Shown here in pieces: positions 41,414 to 52,268 of a DNA stretch of 64,000 nucleotides. The translations under genes were made by a program, and so were the position numbers. The stretch covers positions 3,456,001 through 3,520,000 of the forward strand of contig OZ250150.1 in the NCBI GenBank assembly GCA_965237675.1, written 5' to 3'. Each line of letters starts with the position of its first letter. Position 1 is the stretch's first letter. Source of the DNA: Candidatus Latescibacterota bacterium (lineage in GTDB: Bacteria; Latescibacterota; UBA2968; GCA-2709665). The notes under the pieces are model-generated. The model ran no database searches. It was not told the origin of the DNA and saw nothing but the letters and a program-made list of their open reading frames with translations.

Positions 41414-44149
41414 TCAATCAATAGCTAAATGTCCGGTGCTCACACTGCTCACGATTTTCCAGGTTTCGGCGGGAATGGCATCATATCCGAGACCGCCGGC
41501 TTTCGTGTAGATCCTCGCGGACTTTTGGTCGGATTCAATGTGGACAATGGGGAATCCCGTGTCATAGGGTCCGCCCCGGACCAGTAACGTGTTGCCGATC
41601 AGATTCCTGTCTGGGAGCGGCCGGTCGATCCGGTAGAGGCTGTGTGCGTTATCGGTGATGACGTCCACAATTGCACCACCGAGAACCGGATGGTCCAGTT
41701 CGAGCACGTGGACGTTGAGGTTGGCCCGTGTACCGCCAAGAAGATAGGCAAACGCCAGGTCCCCGTTCGCCGCCAGTGAGAATACGGAAACACGGCCGTT
41801 TGTTTCAAGGGTTCCCTCCGGAGTTTCAAAAACAGCGGGTTGGCCGTCCGGACAGACGGCCACGAGATCCGTGCCCGATTCGCGGGTGACGAGGACACCC
41901 ACGGCGTCTCCGGCTCGGGGTACCAGGTTTTCCACCGCCCGAACGAATGGAAAGGAGCGGGGGCTGACGTCGAAGAGGCTTAAGAAGACGCTGTGGGCGG
42001 GTAACCCGGTGCGGCGGCGGATCACGTATGGGACGGTTTCGCCCGTTTGGATGTTGTCGCGGGAGCCTGTGCCCCGTTCGCCCCAGCCGTTTCCGATGAG
42101 CACCTGCTCGTCGCCGCAGGGCAGCGCATATGCGGTGAACCGCTGCTGGTCCATGTCGAAGTGGATGGACCAGGGAGTGTCGCCCTGACCGGTGGCCAGG
42201 TTCTCTAAATCGTGCCATTCGGTGTCGGTCGGCTGAAGGTCCAGGTTCCGGGTTCCGCCGCCGGCGACCGGGCCGTGGAACAGATAATCGTGAACGCGGC
42301 CACCGTTCACCCGAAAACAGTCGATCAGATAGCTGCCACCGCTGCCATGGTCGATAGTGGCGCACAGGCGATGATAGGTGTCGATATCGTAGGCCCGGGA
42401 AGAAACCCCTGCGACCTTCACGCGTCGGGTGCTGTCGAACAGGTGGAGGCTGCCGCCGCGGCCGTCGCGTTTCTGGTCTTGCCCGTCGACGATCACGGTG
42501 TTGTGCGCAATGGTTCGTACGGTATTGTGTTTGTCCGGCCGGTCCCAGAGGTACCCGAGGTCGGTAAGGGCTTGCTGTCCGTCTTTCCAGTAGACCAGGT
42601 TCAGGCTGTCTTCGTGGTGATGCCCGCCCCAGTCCGAGGCGCTCAGAAGCGCGGTACTCGCCCGTCCGTGTTCGCCTGTCCGCAGCAGGCCGATGCGCAG
42701 GGCCGGAAAGAACTGGTCGGTCAGGATCAGGGGAGCCAGCGGGTCGGCTCTCAAATCCGGGGCACGGTGAAAAAGGGCGTACTCCCCGCCGTAGTTTTCC
42801 AGATCGTATTCGCACAGTTCGGCAAGCAGGGCGATGTGGTTTGTGTCGCCGTAGCGGCTGGCGATTGTATCCGCAATGTCCACGGACATCCTGCATCCGG
42901 TTGCGTCATCAGCGATTACGCCATAACCCAGATCGGGCATCGGACTCTTGACATATCCCTCCAGTACCGAACGGTAACGACTGTCACCGTAAATGTCCAC
43001 GTTCTGCAGGCGGCATTCCGGCGAGTCGGATCCGTCCGAATCGGAATACCCGTGCACTGCGTCGGCGAAGTGGCGAATGCCGTTGAGCGTCATGAATCCA
43101 TATCCGGGCGATTCGGAACTCATGCCATCGTCCAGAAACCAGTTGTAGACGAAATGATTGAACCCGTCGAGGCCGTAACGGACCAGATCCGTATCGGCAA
43201 GACAAAGGCCGACCAGACCCGCGGCAGAGCGGTTGGTTGCGCTCTTATTGTTGAAATCCGGATCCGCGAGGAGAAGGACAGTGCTTTCCCGAAGGAGATC
43301 CCGTTCAATCCTGAGGCGGCATCCGGGTGTATAAACTGGACGGCCATCTGCTTCTGCTCCGCACGTGAGGTCGTAAGCGACGGTGACATCGGTAACAAAG
43401 GTGCCTTCCATTCCGACCCCCGTGGCGCGGCCAGCCATCCAGTAACCCACGTGTAGTCTGCCGTCCGGCCTGTTTGGCGGGACCACAAGTTCCGGTTTGG
43501 GCAGGTCAAGGATGTTTCTCGCGGCGACGTCAGCAGGCGCGTCGGAGAATTCACCATACCCGGAGTGAACCATGTAACCGGGATAGACGTCGGCGAATCG
43601 CAGGAGGATGTCCCGGGCTTTTTCGGCGTGGCCGATCTCTTGCGTCAGGGCATAGGCCATGGCACACTGACGTGCGATGCGCGCCATATGTTCGCATTTG
43701 CGGGCGCGGATATTGGCGGTCCAGGAGGAGACAAATGGAAATCCGATGAGGTCCCAGTGTTTTCCTGTATAGTACGTGATTTCCTGCCCGCCTCCGAAGT
43801 CGGTCTTGAACACGACGTCTTCGGGATAGTCGGAATGGGGATAGACGGTCTTGCAGGTCGTACAGACCAGTTGATCGGGACTCTCCGGCACCCATTCATA
43901 GTTTCCGTGCACAGGGGCCGCCTCGCAGGCGGGGCACATGGTAAAGAGGTGGCTGCCCGGTGTTTCCGGAGGAATCCAGTTTATGAGGTCGTCGACAGTT
44001 GTGTTGCTCATCGGAGCGACTGAGGACAGGAGATCCTCCAGAAACTGTCGTGCCCAGGCGTGACGTTCGATGTTCGCACGAGCGACTTCGATATCCCCTG
44101 CCTTAAACAGCGTGGCAGGGCGCCGGGTTGTATTTGCACTGTTCTTCAT
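41414..44149 (-). CDS. Large heparinase II/III-like (polysaccharide lyase-type) protein with CxxC..CxxC motif
   Basis: DGMSSESPGY, GHHHEDSLNL, DLGY, AHNTVIVDG; CPAC..CTTC near the N-terminus; no signal peptide. Confidence 0.8.
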   Translation of the reverse strand: MKNSANTTRRPATLFKAGDIEVARANIERHAWARQFLEDLLSSVAPMSNTTVDDLINWIPPETPGSHLFTMCPACEAAPVHGNYEWVPESPDQLVCTTCKTVYPHSDYPEDVVFKTDFGGGQEITYYTGKHWDLIGFPFVSSWTANIRARKCEHMARIARQCAMAYALTQEIGHAEKARDILLRFADVYPGYMVHSGYGEFSDAPADVAARNILDLPKPELVVPPNRPDGRLHVGYWMAGRATGVGMEGTFVTDVTVAYDLTCGAEADGRPVYTPGCRLRIERDLLRESTVLLLADPDFNNKSATNRSAAGLVGLCLADTDLVRYGLDGFNHFVYNWFLDDGMSSESPGYGFMTLNGIRHFADAVHGYSDSDGSDSPECRLQNVDIYGDSRYRSVLEGYVKSPMPDLGYGVIADDATGCRMSVDIADTIASRYGDTNHIALLAELCEYDLENYGGEYALFHRAPDLRADPLAPLILTDQFFPALRIGLLRTGEHGRASTALLSASDWGGHHHEDSLNLVYWKDGQQALTDLGYLWDRPDKHNTVRTIAHNTVIVDGQDQKRDGRGGSLHLFDSTRRVKVAGVSSRAYDIDTYHRLCATIDHGSGGSYLIDCFRVNGGRVHDYLFHGPVAGGGTRNLDLQPTDTEWHDLENLATGQGDTPWSIHFDMDQQRFTAYALPCGDEQVLIGNGWGERGTGSRDNIQTGETVPYVIRRRTGLPAHSVFLSLFDVSPRSFPFVRAVENLVPRAGDAVGVLVTRESGTDLVAVCPDGQPAVFETPEGTLETNGRVSVFSLAANGDLAFAYLLGGTRANLNVHVLELDHPVLGGAIVDVITDNAHSLYRIDRPLPDRNLIGNTLLVRGGPYDTGFPIVHIESDQKSARIYTKAGGLGYDAIPAETWKIVSSVSTGHLAID

Positions 44150-44338
44150 AAGGTTCTCGTTTGTTGGTTGAGGTCAATATTGTACGGTTGCCGGTGGCGA
44201 TTCCCGCGATGCCGGCATGCAGGGACCGGCGGGGTTCGGATGCGTCTATTCGATGTCGATGTCTCGTGGACGCGCTATTCCCCATGCTGCCTCCGCCGCA
44301 TTCGTCACGCGGATGACAACACCGCATCCCGCAGGATA

Positions 44339-45121
44339 TCATCCCCCTGCCCGGTGCAGAAAATCGGCGGCTCCCGCAGCGATCCACGGACCGATGTTGG
44401 TCAGCAGAAAGCGTGCGCCAAGGCCCGTGTATTTTTCTACATTACTGTTAACGGTCAGGGTGCCCGGCGTGCGTCCCGCGTCCCTGATCCGGTTGAGGGT
44501 TTCATCGACGGTGCGTTGTACGTCCGGGTGATCGTTGTTTCCGATATGGCCCATCGAGGCGGCCATGTCCGACGGAGCGACAAAGAAGACGTCGATTTCA
44601 TCCACGGCAAGGATGGTTTCCAGGTTCTGTACCGCGATTATGTCCTCGATGAGGACAATGAAGAGAGTCTCGTTGTTTGCGGCATGCAGGTAGTCGGGTA
44701 CGTCATATCCATGGCGGCTGGTGAAAAGGCCGCGTTTGCCCACCGGCGCGAATTTGCCGCCGTCAACGACGTTTCGCGCCTCCGCTTCCGTGTTGACATG
44801 GGGAACAACGATGCCCTGCGCGCCCCGGTCCAGCGTGCGGTATATGAGGGCCTGATCGTTGCGGTTGACCCTGACGATTGAGGTCATACCCCAGATATCG
44901 CAAGCCCTCGAGAGGTTGCCCAGGTCGGCCGCGTTGACCGGCCCGTGTTCGCCCTCGAGCCAGACACCGTCGAAGCCGGTAGGGCCAAAGGCATCGATGT
45001 CGTCGGGATGGGTCAGGCCGGCGATGACGCAGGCGATTCCGCCGTCAGCCAGTTTTCGTTTGACACGGTTTGGTCGGATCGTCACGGGCGATTCTCCTTT
45101 TTGAATGGATCGACGAGTCAT
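44339..45121 (-). CDS. HpcH/HpaI aldolase family protein
   Basis: DGVWLEGEHG, LDRGAQGIVVPHV, FAPVGKRG, LIED, FVAPSD. Confidence 0.92.
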   Translation of the reverse strand: MTRRSIQKGESPVTIRPNRVKRKLADGGIACVIAGLTHPDDIDAFGPTGFDGVWLEGEHGPVNAADLGNLSRACDIWGMTSIVRVNRNDQALIYRTLDRGAQGIVVPHVNTEAEARNVVDGGKFAPVGKRGLFTSRHGYDVPDYLHAANNETLFIVLIEDIIAVQNLETILAVDEIDVFFVAPSDMAASMGHIGNNDHPDVQRTVDETLNRIRDAGRTPGTLTVNSNVEKYTGLGARFLLTNIGPWIAAGAADFLHRAGG

Positions 45122-45139
45122 CAGAAGCTGACGACCCGT

Positions 45140-45925
45140 TCATGTTGAATGCGGGTTGCCGTACAGATCGATGCTGACGGGAGCATGGTCGGAAACGGTG
45201 AGACCGGCCTGGCGGTGTACGGCGGCGGAACGGAAATGTCTGGCGACAGTGGCGTTGCCGAGCAGGTAGTCGATTCGCCAGCCCCGGTCGAGTTCGCGGG
45301 CCCGCCCGCGATTGGACCACCAGGAATACGGACCCTGCGCATCTCCAAAATGCTGCCGGACAAAGTCGTTCCAGCCGGAAGCCAGGAGGTCGGTTATCCA
45401 CTGCCTCTCGTGCGGGAGGAATCCCGAGTTTTTTTGGTTCCCTTTGGCATAGAAGATGTCCTTTTCCGTGTGAGCAATGTTGAAGTCTCCACCGAGAATC
45501 ACGGGCTCGTCCCGAAGCGTGAAGTGCTTTGACCAGGGAAGAAACCGAGCCATCCAGAGATCTTCCTTGATCTTCTGGCGATCTTGGCTGGATGAGCCCG
45601 AAGGCAGGTAGACGTTTACGATGCGGACGCCCTTTACCCGCGCCTGGAGGATCCGCCCTTCCGGATCGGTCTCGTGAATGCCAGTGCCGAGGACTTCAAG
45701 CCGATGCCGGGACCAGATCGCAACTCCGGAATACCCTTTTCGTTCGGCGGGGTGCCAGTGGACATGCCAGCCGCGGGGATTGATCCACTCGTCGGGAAGT
45801 TGCTCGGGGAGCGCGCGGATTTCCTGGAGGAGAAGGACGTCCGGCGCGATCCGGTCGAGGTGTCGGGCAAAGCCCTTTCTGAGTGCGGCGCGCAGGCCGT
45901 TCACGTTCCAGGTGGTAATTCGCAT
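45140..45925 (-). CDS. xth: Exodeoxyribonuclease III / AP endonuclease
   Basis: MRITTWNVNGLRA, LQE, GYSGVAI, GDFNIAH, GWRIDY, SDHAPV. Confidence 0.95.
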   Translation of the reverse strand: MRITTWNVNGLRAALRKGFARHLDRIAPDVLLLQEIRALPEQLPDEWINPRGWHVHWHPAERKGYSGVAIWSRHRLEVLGTGIHETDPEGRILQARVKGVRIVNVYLPSGSSSQDRQKIKEDLWMARFLPWSKHFTLRDEPVILGGDFNIAHTEKDIFYAKGNQKNSGFLPHERQWITDLLASGWNDFVRQHFGDAQGPYSWWSNRGRARELDRGWRIDYLLGNATVARHFRSAAVHRQAGLTVSDHAPVSIDLYGNPHST

Positions 45926-45977
45926 GTACCAAACGCGGGGTGAGAATGTCGCCGGTTTGACAACGGCAGGTGTGGAT

Positions 45978-47849
45978 TTACACGAGGGCCGTTGCGACAC
46001 TGAGGGTTTGTGTGTTACGTGAGACGGTGATGCGGCCGTTTTCGGATCGGAACGCAACGTCCGCCGTGTCGCAGTCGATGCCAAAAGCAACTGCGAACCT
46101 GGCCCGGCCAGGTTGCAGGACGGTTTCGACTTTGAGGTATTCGACTTCCAGACTCTCGGCGTCGGCGTGCCCGGGCTTGAGGTCCTGGTGTTTTCCCTTG
46201 ACGAATGCGGTGTTTCCTGGGGTCAGCAGGCGGGTGTTCACAACTGTGTGTCCGGCCATGATTGTAGCCGAAGCGCCGGTCACCTCGGCCGCGCCCGCAA
46301 AGTGAATGCGGGACTCCATTCCGGTCGGGTCTGCGACTTCAATCTCGTCAATGACGACAAACAGATCCGGTCGCAGGTAGAGGAAATGACGGTCGAAGAC
46401 CGTGAGTTTGTCGATACCGTAAGCCGAGGCGATGGAAGCCCGGAGGTAATCGTGCGTGCCGGTGAGTTCGAACGTTTCCACGGTACCCACGAGGCGCCGT
46501 TCGCCGGGCTGACCGTGTCCGTCGAAGAGCGGAAGGTTGTGACCGTGGGTCGATTTGAAGATCCATTCGCCGGGGTCCCCGTAGCGTCCGATGCCGAGTT
46601 CACGGACGACGGTTCTGCGGCCGGCGTGGATAATATAGTTTCCTACGTCCGCGTGGCCGTGCGGTTCGACCGTGGCGCCGATTTTCAGCGCCATGATCGG
46701 TGCGTCGGGATCGCGCCAAGATCCGCGCATGACGCACCAGCCGGCGTCGGGAAAGTAGGCCGACGGGTGGGGCGGGGACGGCAACTCGGGAACGGTATTG
46801 GACGCATCCCAGAAAAGCTCCGCCAATTTCAGGGAAGGCCGCTGGTCCGTGGTGAGTCGATCGAAGTAGGCTGCGGCGCTGTGGCCGAATTCTTGCGAGA
46901 ACTTGCGGAAGGCCATACCTCCCGGGAAGTGTTTGCCGCAGTCGGCGAAGTTGACCACGCGGTCGGGCGGGAGAAAGCAGTTGATGGGAAAGTCGACCGT
47001 ATTCTTGAGTTTGGGATGATCGTAGAGGTTAATCTGTCCACCTGTGAGCCGCCTCAGTGCATCGGAAAAGGGGAAGGAAGTACTGATGCCGTAGTTCCAA
47101 TACCCCGGGCCCTCCTTCCACGAACCGTCGTTTTCGATGGCATCGTAGAATCTTGTAACACGTTCAACGCATTCCCGAATGACGCCGAGCATGGCTTCGC
47201 GAGCCCGAATACCCATCCGAAGATGGATATGTTTTGCATCGAGCATGCCAAGCGCACAGAGTCCCATGTTGGAGACGCAGACAGAACACCAGTTGCTGTC
47301 GTACCTCGTCGCCCAGAAGTGATGCTGCATGCCGTCGATGCAATGGGCCAGACCACGTGCAAAGATCATGTATTCGAGTTCGCGGCGCTGGTTTTCGGAA
47401 AGGGTGTCGTAAAGCAGGTCGTAAGCAGCGGCAAAACAGGTACAGGTATGGCTTCCGTCCAGATCCAGAAGCATGAATTCGTGGACCGGGTGAACCCAAG
47501 AGGGCCAACTCATCATTGAAGCAAGGCCCTCCCAGGCTTTTTCGAAGTAGGCTTGATTCCGGTCGATCGCATAGGCCAGCACATAGTCTTCGAGTAGGGT
47601 CCGGGCTTCGCCGGAAAGGCGGCTGTACGTTTCCCAGATGCCGTTCCGGTAGCTTTCCTCTCTGGGTGGCGGCATCGGGAACGGTTGATCGAGGCGGAGG
47701 TTGAGTTGGTCGCGCTTCTGCCTGTAGATTTCAGCATGGGTGCCGTCAAGGCAGAGTCCTCGCAGACGGTCAAGATCGGACCTGGAGAAGAAGAGGTAGG
47801 GATGTTCCAGCGTTTCGGGAATGAGACGGTCGACGTCGGGGACGGACAT
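45978..47849 (-). CDS. Heparinase II/III-like protein (alpha/alpha-barrel + beta-sandwich, DUF4962-like N-terminus)
   Basis: HPYLFFS, AYDLLY, SNW, DGSWKEGPGYWNY, VNFAD, HGHADVG, GHNLP; AGGAG RBS. Confidence 0.82.
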   Translation of the reverse strand: MSVPDVDRLIPETLEHPYLFFSRSDLDRLRGLCLDGTHAEIYRQKRDQLNLRLDQPFPMPPPREESYRNGIWETYSRLSGEARTLLEDYVLAYAIDRNQAYFEKAWEGLASMMSWPSWVHPVHEFMLLDLDGSHTCTCFAAAYDLLYDTLSENQRRELEYMIFARGLAHCIDGMQHHFWATRYDSNWCSVCVSNMGLCALGMLDAKHIHLRMGIRAREAMLGVIRECVERVTRFYDAIENDGSWKEGPGYWNYGISTSFPFSDALRRLTGGQINLYDHPKLKNTVDFPINCFLPPDRVVNFADCGKHFPGGMAFRKFSQEFGHSAAAYFDRLTTDQRPSLKLAELFWDASNTVPELPSPPHPSAYFPDAGWCVMRGSWRDPDAPIMALKIGATVEPHGHADVGNYIIHAGRRTVVRELGIGRYGDPGEWIFKSTHGHNLPLFDGHGQPGERRLVGTVETFELTGTHDYLRASIASAYGIDKLTVFDRHFLYLRPDLFVVIDEIEVADPTGMESRIHFAGAAEVTGASATIMAGHTVVNTRLLTPGNTAFVKGKHQDLKPGHADAESLEVEYLKVETVLQPGRARFAVAFGIDCDTADVAFRSENGRITVSRNTQTLSVATALV

Positions 47850-47938
47850 GGAATCTCCTTAAGACCGAAGACAGATTAAAGGCGCGGACCGCCGCCTCTG
47901 TCGGATCCGGATATCCGGTTTTGTGCGGTACGTGCGTT

Positions 47939-47967
47939 AATATAGCGATCGGGCATTTGAGGGTCAA
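47939..47967 (-). promoter_or_regulatory. Putative sigma70 promoter for the heparinase-like gene block
   Basis: TTGACC-17-TATATT. Confidence 0.55.
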
Positions 47968-47995
47968 GGAGATGTGTTCGAGGGATGAAAGTCCG

Positions 47996-48871
47996 CTACG
48001 CATTCTTTTTAGCCAGCAGAATGCGTTCGGTACCCGTGAGATCGGGGAGGGTCCGCACGTGAATGAGCCCGGACGACCTTACCATCAGATTCGCCACGTC
48101 CGTGGCAGTGTCGTCGGCCACCTCCAGGGCCAGCCAACCGCCCGGATTGAGGTGCGCCGGAGCACGGGCGATGATTGAGCGATGGAATGCGAGCCCGTCC
48201 GGCCCGCCATTGAGGGCGAGCGGGGGATCGAAGTCGCGGACTTCGGGTTGCAGGCCCGACATGTCGCCGGAGGCGACGTAGGGTGGGTTCGAGACGACCG
48301 CATCGAATGCGGCTCGAAATCGAAATGCGGCAAAGAGGTCAGCGCAAAGGAAGGCGATCCGCTGGTGAACGTCGTTGCGTCGGGCATTCCTGACCGCCAG
48401 GCGCAGGGCTTTCGGGGAAACGTCGGTGGCGATCAGGCGGCTCGTCGGAAGCGCGTGCGCAAGCGTGACGGCGATGGGACCGGCCCCGGTGCCAATATCC
48501 AGAACCCGCGGCCCGGCGTGGGTATACAGGCGGTCAATCAGCGTTTCAACCAGAATTTCGGTTTCGGATCGGGGGATGAGCGCGTCGGGGCCGACGTGGA
48601 ACGGCAGGGAGAAAAATTCGGTTTCCCCAAGCAGGTGTTGAAGCGGCACACGGCCGCGACGCTGTTGAACCAGGGCCTGGAGACGTTCATACTGCGTCGG
48701 TGTGAGCGGGCGCCGGGCGTTAGCGTATATGCCGGAGCGGCTTGTATTCAGAACCGACGCCAGCAGCCACTCAGTGTCAACGCGTGGATTCGGTACGCCG
48801 GCTTTCGCCAAACTGCGGGTCGTTTTGGCAAGGGCATCGGAGGTGGTGGGGGGAGTCGAGAGTTCGGTCAT
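47996..48871 (-). CDS. prmC: Release factor glutamine methyltransferase PrmC/HemK
   Basis: PLQHLLG, LIPRSETE, LDIGTGAG, VSNPPY. Confidence 0.95.
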   Translation of the reverse strand: MTELSTPPTTSDALAKTTRSLAKAGVPNPRVDTEWLLASVLNTSRSGIYANARRPLTPTQYERLQALVQQRRGRVPLQHLLGETEFFSLPFHVGPDALIPRSETEILVETLIDRLYTHAGPRVLDIGTGAGPIAVTLAHALPTSRLIATDVSPKALRLAVRNARRNDVHQRIAFLCADLFAAFRFRAAFDAVVSNPPYVASGDMSGLQPEVRDFDPPLALNGGPDGLAFHRSIIARAPAHLNPGGWLALEVADDTATDVANLMVRSSGLIHVRTLPDLTGTERILLAKKNA

Positions 48872-48906
48872 AGTCTGCCCGGCGAAGCCCCGAGACCAGG
48901 TTGGCG

Positions 48907-49995
48907 TCAGACAGAAATGGCGGTGTTTTGTTCGCTGTCTTTGATTTTCTCGGTATGGTCGGCCAGTCGCAGGGCGTTAATGAGGTCGTCCAGGTCGCCC
49001 TCGAGTGTCTCTTCGAGTCGGTGGACAGTGAGTTTGATCCGGTGGTCCGTGACCCGTCCCTGGGGGAAATTGTAAGTGCGAATTTTCGCGCTGCGGTCCC
49101 CTGTGCCCACCTGCGCCCTCCGATGCCGCGAGGTTGTCTCGCGTTGAGCCTGGACGGCGCGATCCAGAAGCCGGGCACGGAGGACCTTCATGGCTTTGGC
49201 TTTGTTCTTGTGTTGGGACTTCTCGTCCTGGCATTGTACGATAAGGCCGGTGGGCAAGTGGGTGATCCGTACGGCCGAATCCGTGGTATTCACGCTCTGG
49301 CCTCCCGGACCTGAGGAACGGTAGACGTCAACCCGAATTGCATCGGGTTTGATTTCGATGTCGACCTCTTTCGCTTCGGGCAAGACGGCAACCGTGGAAG
49401 TGGATGTGTGGATGCGTCCGCTGGATTCGGTCTCCGGAATACGCTGAACGCGGTGCACCCCGCTTTCGTACTTCAGGTTGCCGTAGACATCGCTTCCGCC
49501 AACTGAGAAGATGACTTCCTTGAACCCACCGATTCCGGTGGGTTTGGCGCTGAGCAGTTCGGCCTGCCACCCTTTGGATTCGGAATAACGAGTATACATT
49601 CTATATAAATCGGCAGCGAACAGCGCCGCCTCTTCGCCGCCGGCGCCAGCGCGAATTTCCACGACTGTGTTTTTGCTGTCGTTGGGATCCTTGGGGATCA
49701 GCAGGTATTGGAGTTTCTCGGCAAGACGGGCCTCCTTCTGCTGAAGCTCCGCCTGCTCCTCGCGGGCAATCTCGACAAGTTCCGCGTCATTCGAGTCCCG
49801 TATTATTTCTCCGGCTTCCTCTAGGCCCTTTACGATGTTTCGAAATTCACGGTACGTGTTGACGACTTCTTCCAACCCGCGAAATTCCATCGTGAGTTTC
49901 CTGTATCTGTCGGGGTTGGCCGCGACGCCGCGACGCGCCATTTCCATACTGATCTCATTGAAACGCTTTTCCACGTTTTCCAGTTGATCGAACAT
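48907..49995 (-). CDS. prfA: Peptide chain release factor 1
   Basis: [23 protein letters not shown] (PxT motif), [15 protein letters not shown]. Confidence 0.98.
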   Translation of the reverse strand: MFDQLENVEKRFNEISMEMARRGVAANPDRYRKLTMEFRGLEEVVNTYREFRNIVKGLEEAGEIIRDSNDAELVEIAREEQAELQQKEARLAEKLQYLLIPKDPNDSKNTVVEIRAGAGGEEAALFAADLYRMYTRYSESKGWQAELLSAKPTGIGGFKEVIFSVGGSDVYGNLKYESGVHRVQRIPETESSGRIHTSTSTVAVLPEAKEVDIEIKPDAIRVDVYRSSGPGGQSVNTTDSAVRITHLPTGLIVQCQDEKSQHKNKAKAMKVLRARLLDRAVQAQRETTSRHRRAQVGTGDRSAKIRTYNFPQGRVTDHRIKLTVHRLEETLEGDLDDLINALRLADHTEKIKDSEQNTAISV

Positions 49996-50251
49996 TCAAC
50001 TCCCTCAGGCTTGTGTTTGTGGAGGTTGAACCTTCCAAAACGCCGACAAGCCGAAATGATGAAACAGGAATATCACCTCGCAGGCTGCGACTATGCCTCA
50101 ACGGACTGTCCGGAAAGCGGGATACCTTCAACGCCCGGCCGTCGTCTTCCAGCCGGTACCCTCGGGCTGGCAACAAAAAAGGCGAAGCGGTACGCACGAC
50201 CACCGGTAGGCGGACGGTGCCGTTTCACCTTATCTATGACAATCAGGATGG

Positions 50252-50509
50252 CTAACCTTCGGCGGCTTTCGTCACTACGGCCGGTGAAGGCACATCGCCG
50301 ACTTCATCTTCGGTTATTTTGTAACGCCGCCGGTAACGTTCCACCATTCCTGCGGTATCCACCAATCGCTGCTTGCCCGTGTAAAATGGATGACAGTTGG
50401 AACAGATATCCACCCGCAGGCCCGGCACCGTCGCGTGCGTGGTCAGGGTGTTCCCGCAGGCGCACGTAATGGTGGTTTCCACGTACTCGGGATGAATTTT
50501 CGTTTTCAC
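50252..50509 (-). CDS. rpmE: 50S ribosomal protein L31 (zinc-binding type)
   Basis: GTG start; [21 protein letters not shown]. Confidence 0.95.
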   Translation of the reverse strand: MKTKIHPEYVETTITCACGNTLTTHATVPGLRVDICSNCHPFYTGKQRLVDTAGMVERYRRRYKITEDEVGDVPSPAVVTKAAEG

Positions 50510-50568
50510 CTGGTATGGGTCCTCAAATCCGGAAGCATCGACGATTACGTTCTTGCAAACGGTAATGG

Positions 50569-50597
50569 AATATATACAATACAGAATTCTGATGCAA
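50569..50597 (-). promoter_or_regulatory. Putative sigma70 promoter of rpmE
   Basis: TTGCAT-17-TATATT. Confidence 0.55.
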
Positions 50598-50690
50598 GGA
50601 CATAAAGGCCAGTCTCCGGAAAGAGTATCTGAAACCGCCACCGTCCGTACTTTCGTTTTGGCGGATCCTGAGTGTCCTGCCCCGCCCTCC

Positions 50691-51998
50691 TTACAACTGC
50701 CTATTCATCGAATCGAGGAAGGCCTCGTTGTTTCTGGTGCCCGCCATCTTCTCTTTGAGGAACTCCATGGCATCCAGAGCCGGCATCTGGTTGAGCAACC
50801 GCCGCAGGATCCATACCCGGTTGAGCTCCTTTTCATCGAGCAGCAGTTCCTCTTTTCGAGTTCCGGACAGGGTCACGTCGATCGCGGGATAGATACGCCG
50901 GTTGCTCAACCGCCGATCCAGTTTAAGTTCCATGTTGCCGGTACCCTTGAATTCTTCGAAAATGACCTCGTCCATCCGGCTTCCGGTTTCGACAAGGGCC
51001 GTGGACAGGATGGTCAGACTGCCGCCCTCTTCAATATTCCGCGCGGCGCCGAAAAATCGTTTGGGCCATTGGATGGCGCTGGAATCCAGACCGCCGGTGA
51101 GGATGCGGCCGCTGTGGGGAATCACGTTGTTATATGCCCGCGCAAGCCGCGTAATGCTGTCAAGCAGGATGACGACATCCTGTTGGTGTTCCACCAGGCG
51201 CTTGGCTTTCTCAATGACCATATCCGCCACCTGTACATGCCGCGTCGGAGGTTCGTCGAATGTTGAACTGATGACTTCGCCATTGACGGACCTCTGCATT
51301 TCGGTGACTTCCTCGGGACGTTCATCTATCAGGAGTACGATGAGATTGACTTCGGGGTGGTTCTCGGTGATTGCGTTGGCTATTTTCTGTAGCAACATGG
51401 TCTTGCCGGTAAAGGGAGGGGCTACAATCATGCCGCGCTGACCCATGCCGATAGGGGTGAGCAGGTTCATGATTCGCGTCGAGAAGTCGTTCGCATCGTA
51501 TTCCAGTTTCATGCGTTGCCGGGGATGCAGCGGAGTGAGGTTGTCGAAAAGGGTTTTCTGTTTGGCCTGTTCCGGATCTTCGAAGTTCACCGCTTCAACC
51601 CGAATGAGCGCGAAATATTTCTCGTCGTTCTTGGGCGGGCGAATCTGTCCGGAAATGGTATCACCCTTGCGAAGATTGAACCGTTTGATCTGCGAATGCG
51701 AGACGTAGATATCGTCGGGGCCAGGGAGATAATTGTAATTCGGTGACCGAAGGAAGCCAAAGCCGTCTTCCAGAATTTCCAGAACGCCTTTCGCAAGAAT
51801 CAGCCCGTTCTTCGCGGTCTGTGCCTGAATGATGGAGAAAATCAACTCCTGTTTTCTGAGGCTACCAAAACCCTGGATCTCAAGGCCCTGGGCTAACCTT
51901 GCGAGTTCCGAAATGGTCATGTTCTGGAGTTCCAGAATATCCACATTACTTGCCCGTACAGGCGTCCTGGGAATTTCTCTGGTCGTTTCGGTTGCCAT
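50691..51998 (-). CDS. rho: Transcription termination factor Rho
   Basis: [42 protein letters not shown]. Confidence 0.98.
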   Translation of the reverse strand: MATETTREIPRTPVRASNVDILELQNMTISELARLAQGLEIQGFGSLRKQELIFSIIQAQTAKNGLILAKGVLEILEDGFGFLRSPNYNYLPGPDDIYVSHSQIKRFNLRKGDTISGQIRPPKNDEKYFALIRVEAVNFEDPEQAKQKTLFDNLTPLHPRQRMKLEYDANDFSTRIMNLLTPIGMGQRGMIVAPPFTGKTMLLQKIANAITENHPEVNLIVLLIDERPEEVTEMQRSVNGEVISSTFDEPPTRHVQVADMVIEKAKRLVEHQQDVVILLDSITRLARAYNNVIPHSGRILTGGLDSSAIQWPKRFFGAARNIEEGGSLTILSTALVETGSRMDEVIFEEFKGTGNMELKLDRRLSNRRIYPAIDVTLSGTRKEELLLDEKELNRVWILRRLLNQMPALDAMEFLKEKMAGTRNNEAFLDSMNRQL

Positions 51999-52239
51999 TG
52001 GTGGATCCAATTTGTTGGAGTTGTGGAATGTTTGATATGCGTGGCTAATCTCTCGGGTATTCCGGTCGAAACTTAGGGAGCCGGAGGGTACGGCGGAATA
52101 GGAAACTGATGGATTGCCAAATGTTTGACAAAAGGAGGCGAACCGAGGAAGTTTGTGTATCTGTAGGATGCCTAAAGCGAGGGACCGTCTGCATGTGTGC
52201 GGTGCAATAGTGGGAAGGAAGCAGGAAAATTACACGAAA

Positions 52240-52268
52240 AAAATAATCCAAGACGTGTGTGTTGTCAA
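52240..52268 (-). promoter_or_regulatory. Putative rho promoter
   Basis: A-tract then TTGACA-17-TATTTT, about 240 nt upstream of the ATG. Confidence 0.6.

Noticed and set aside
42212-47519. Long + strand ORFs 42212..43456 (414 aa) and 46113..47519 (468 aa)
   Set aside because: They are antisense shadows of the lyase-like genes, expected from high-GC codon bias, and show no motifs.
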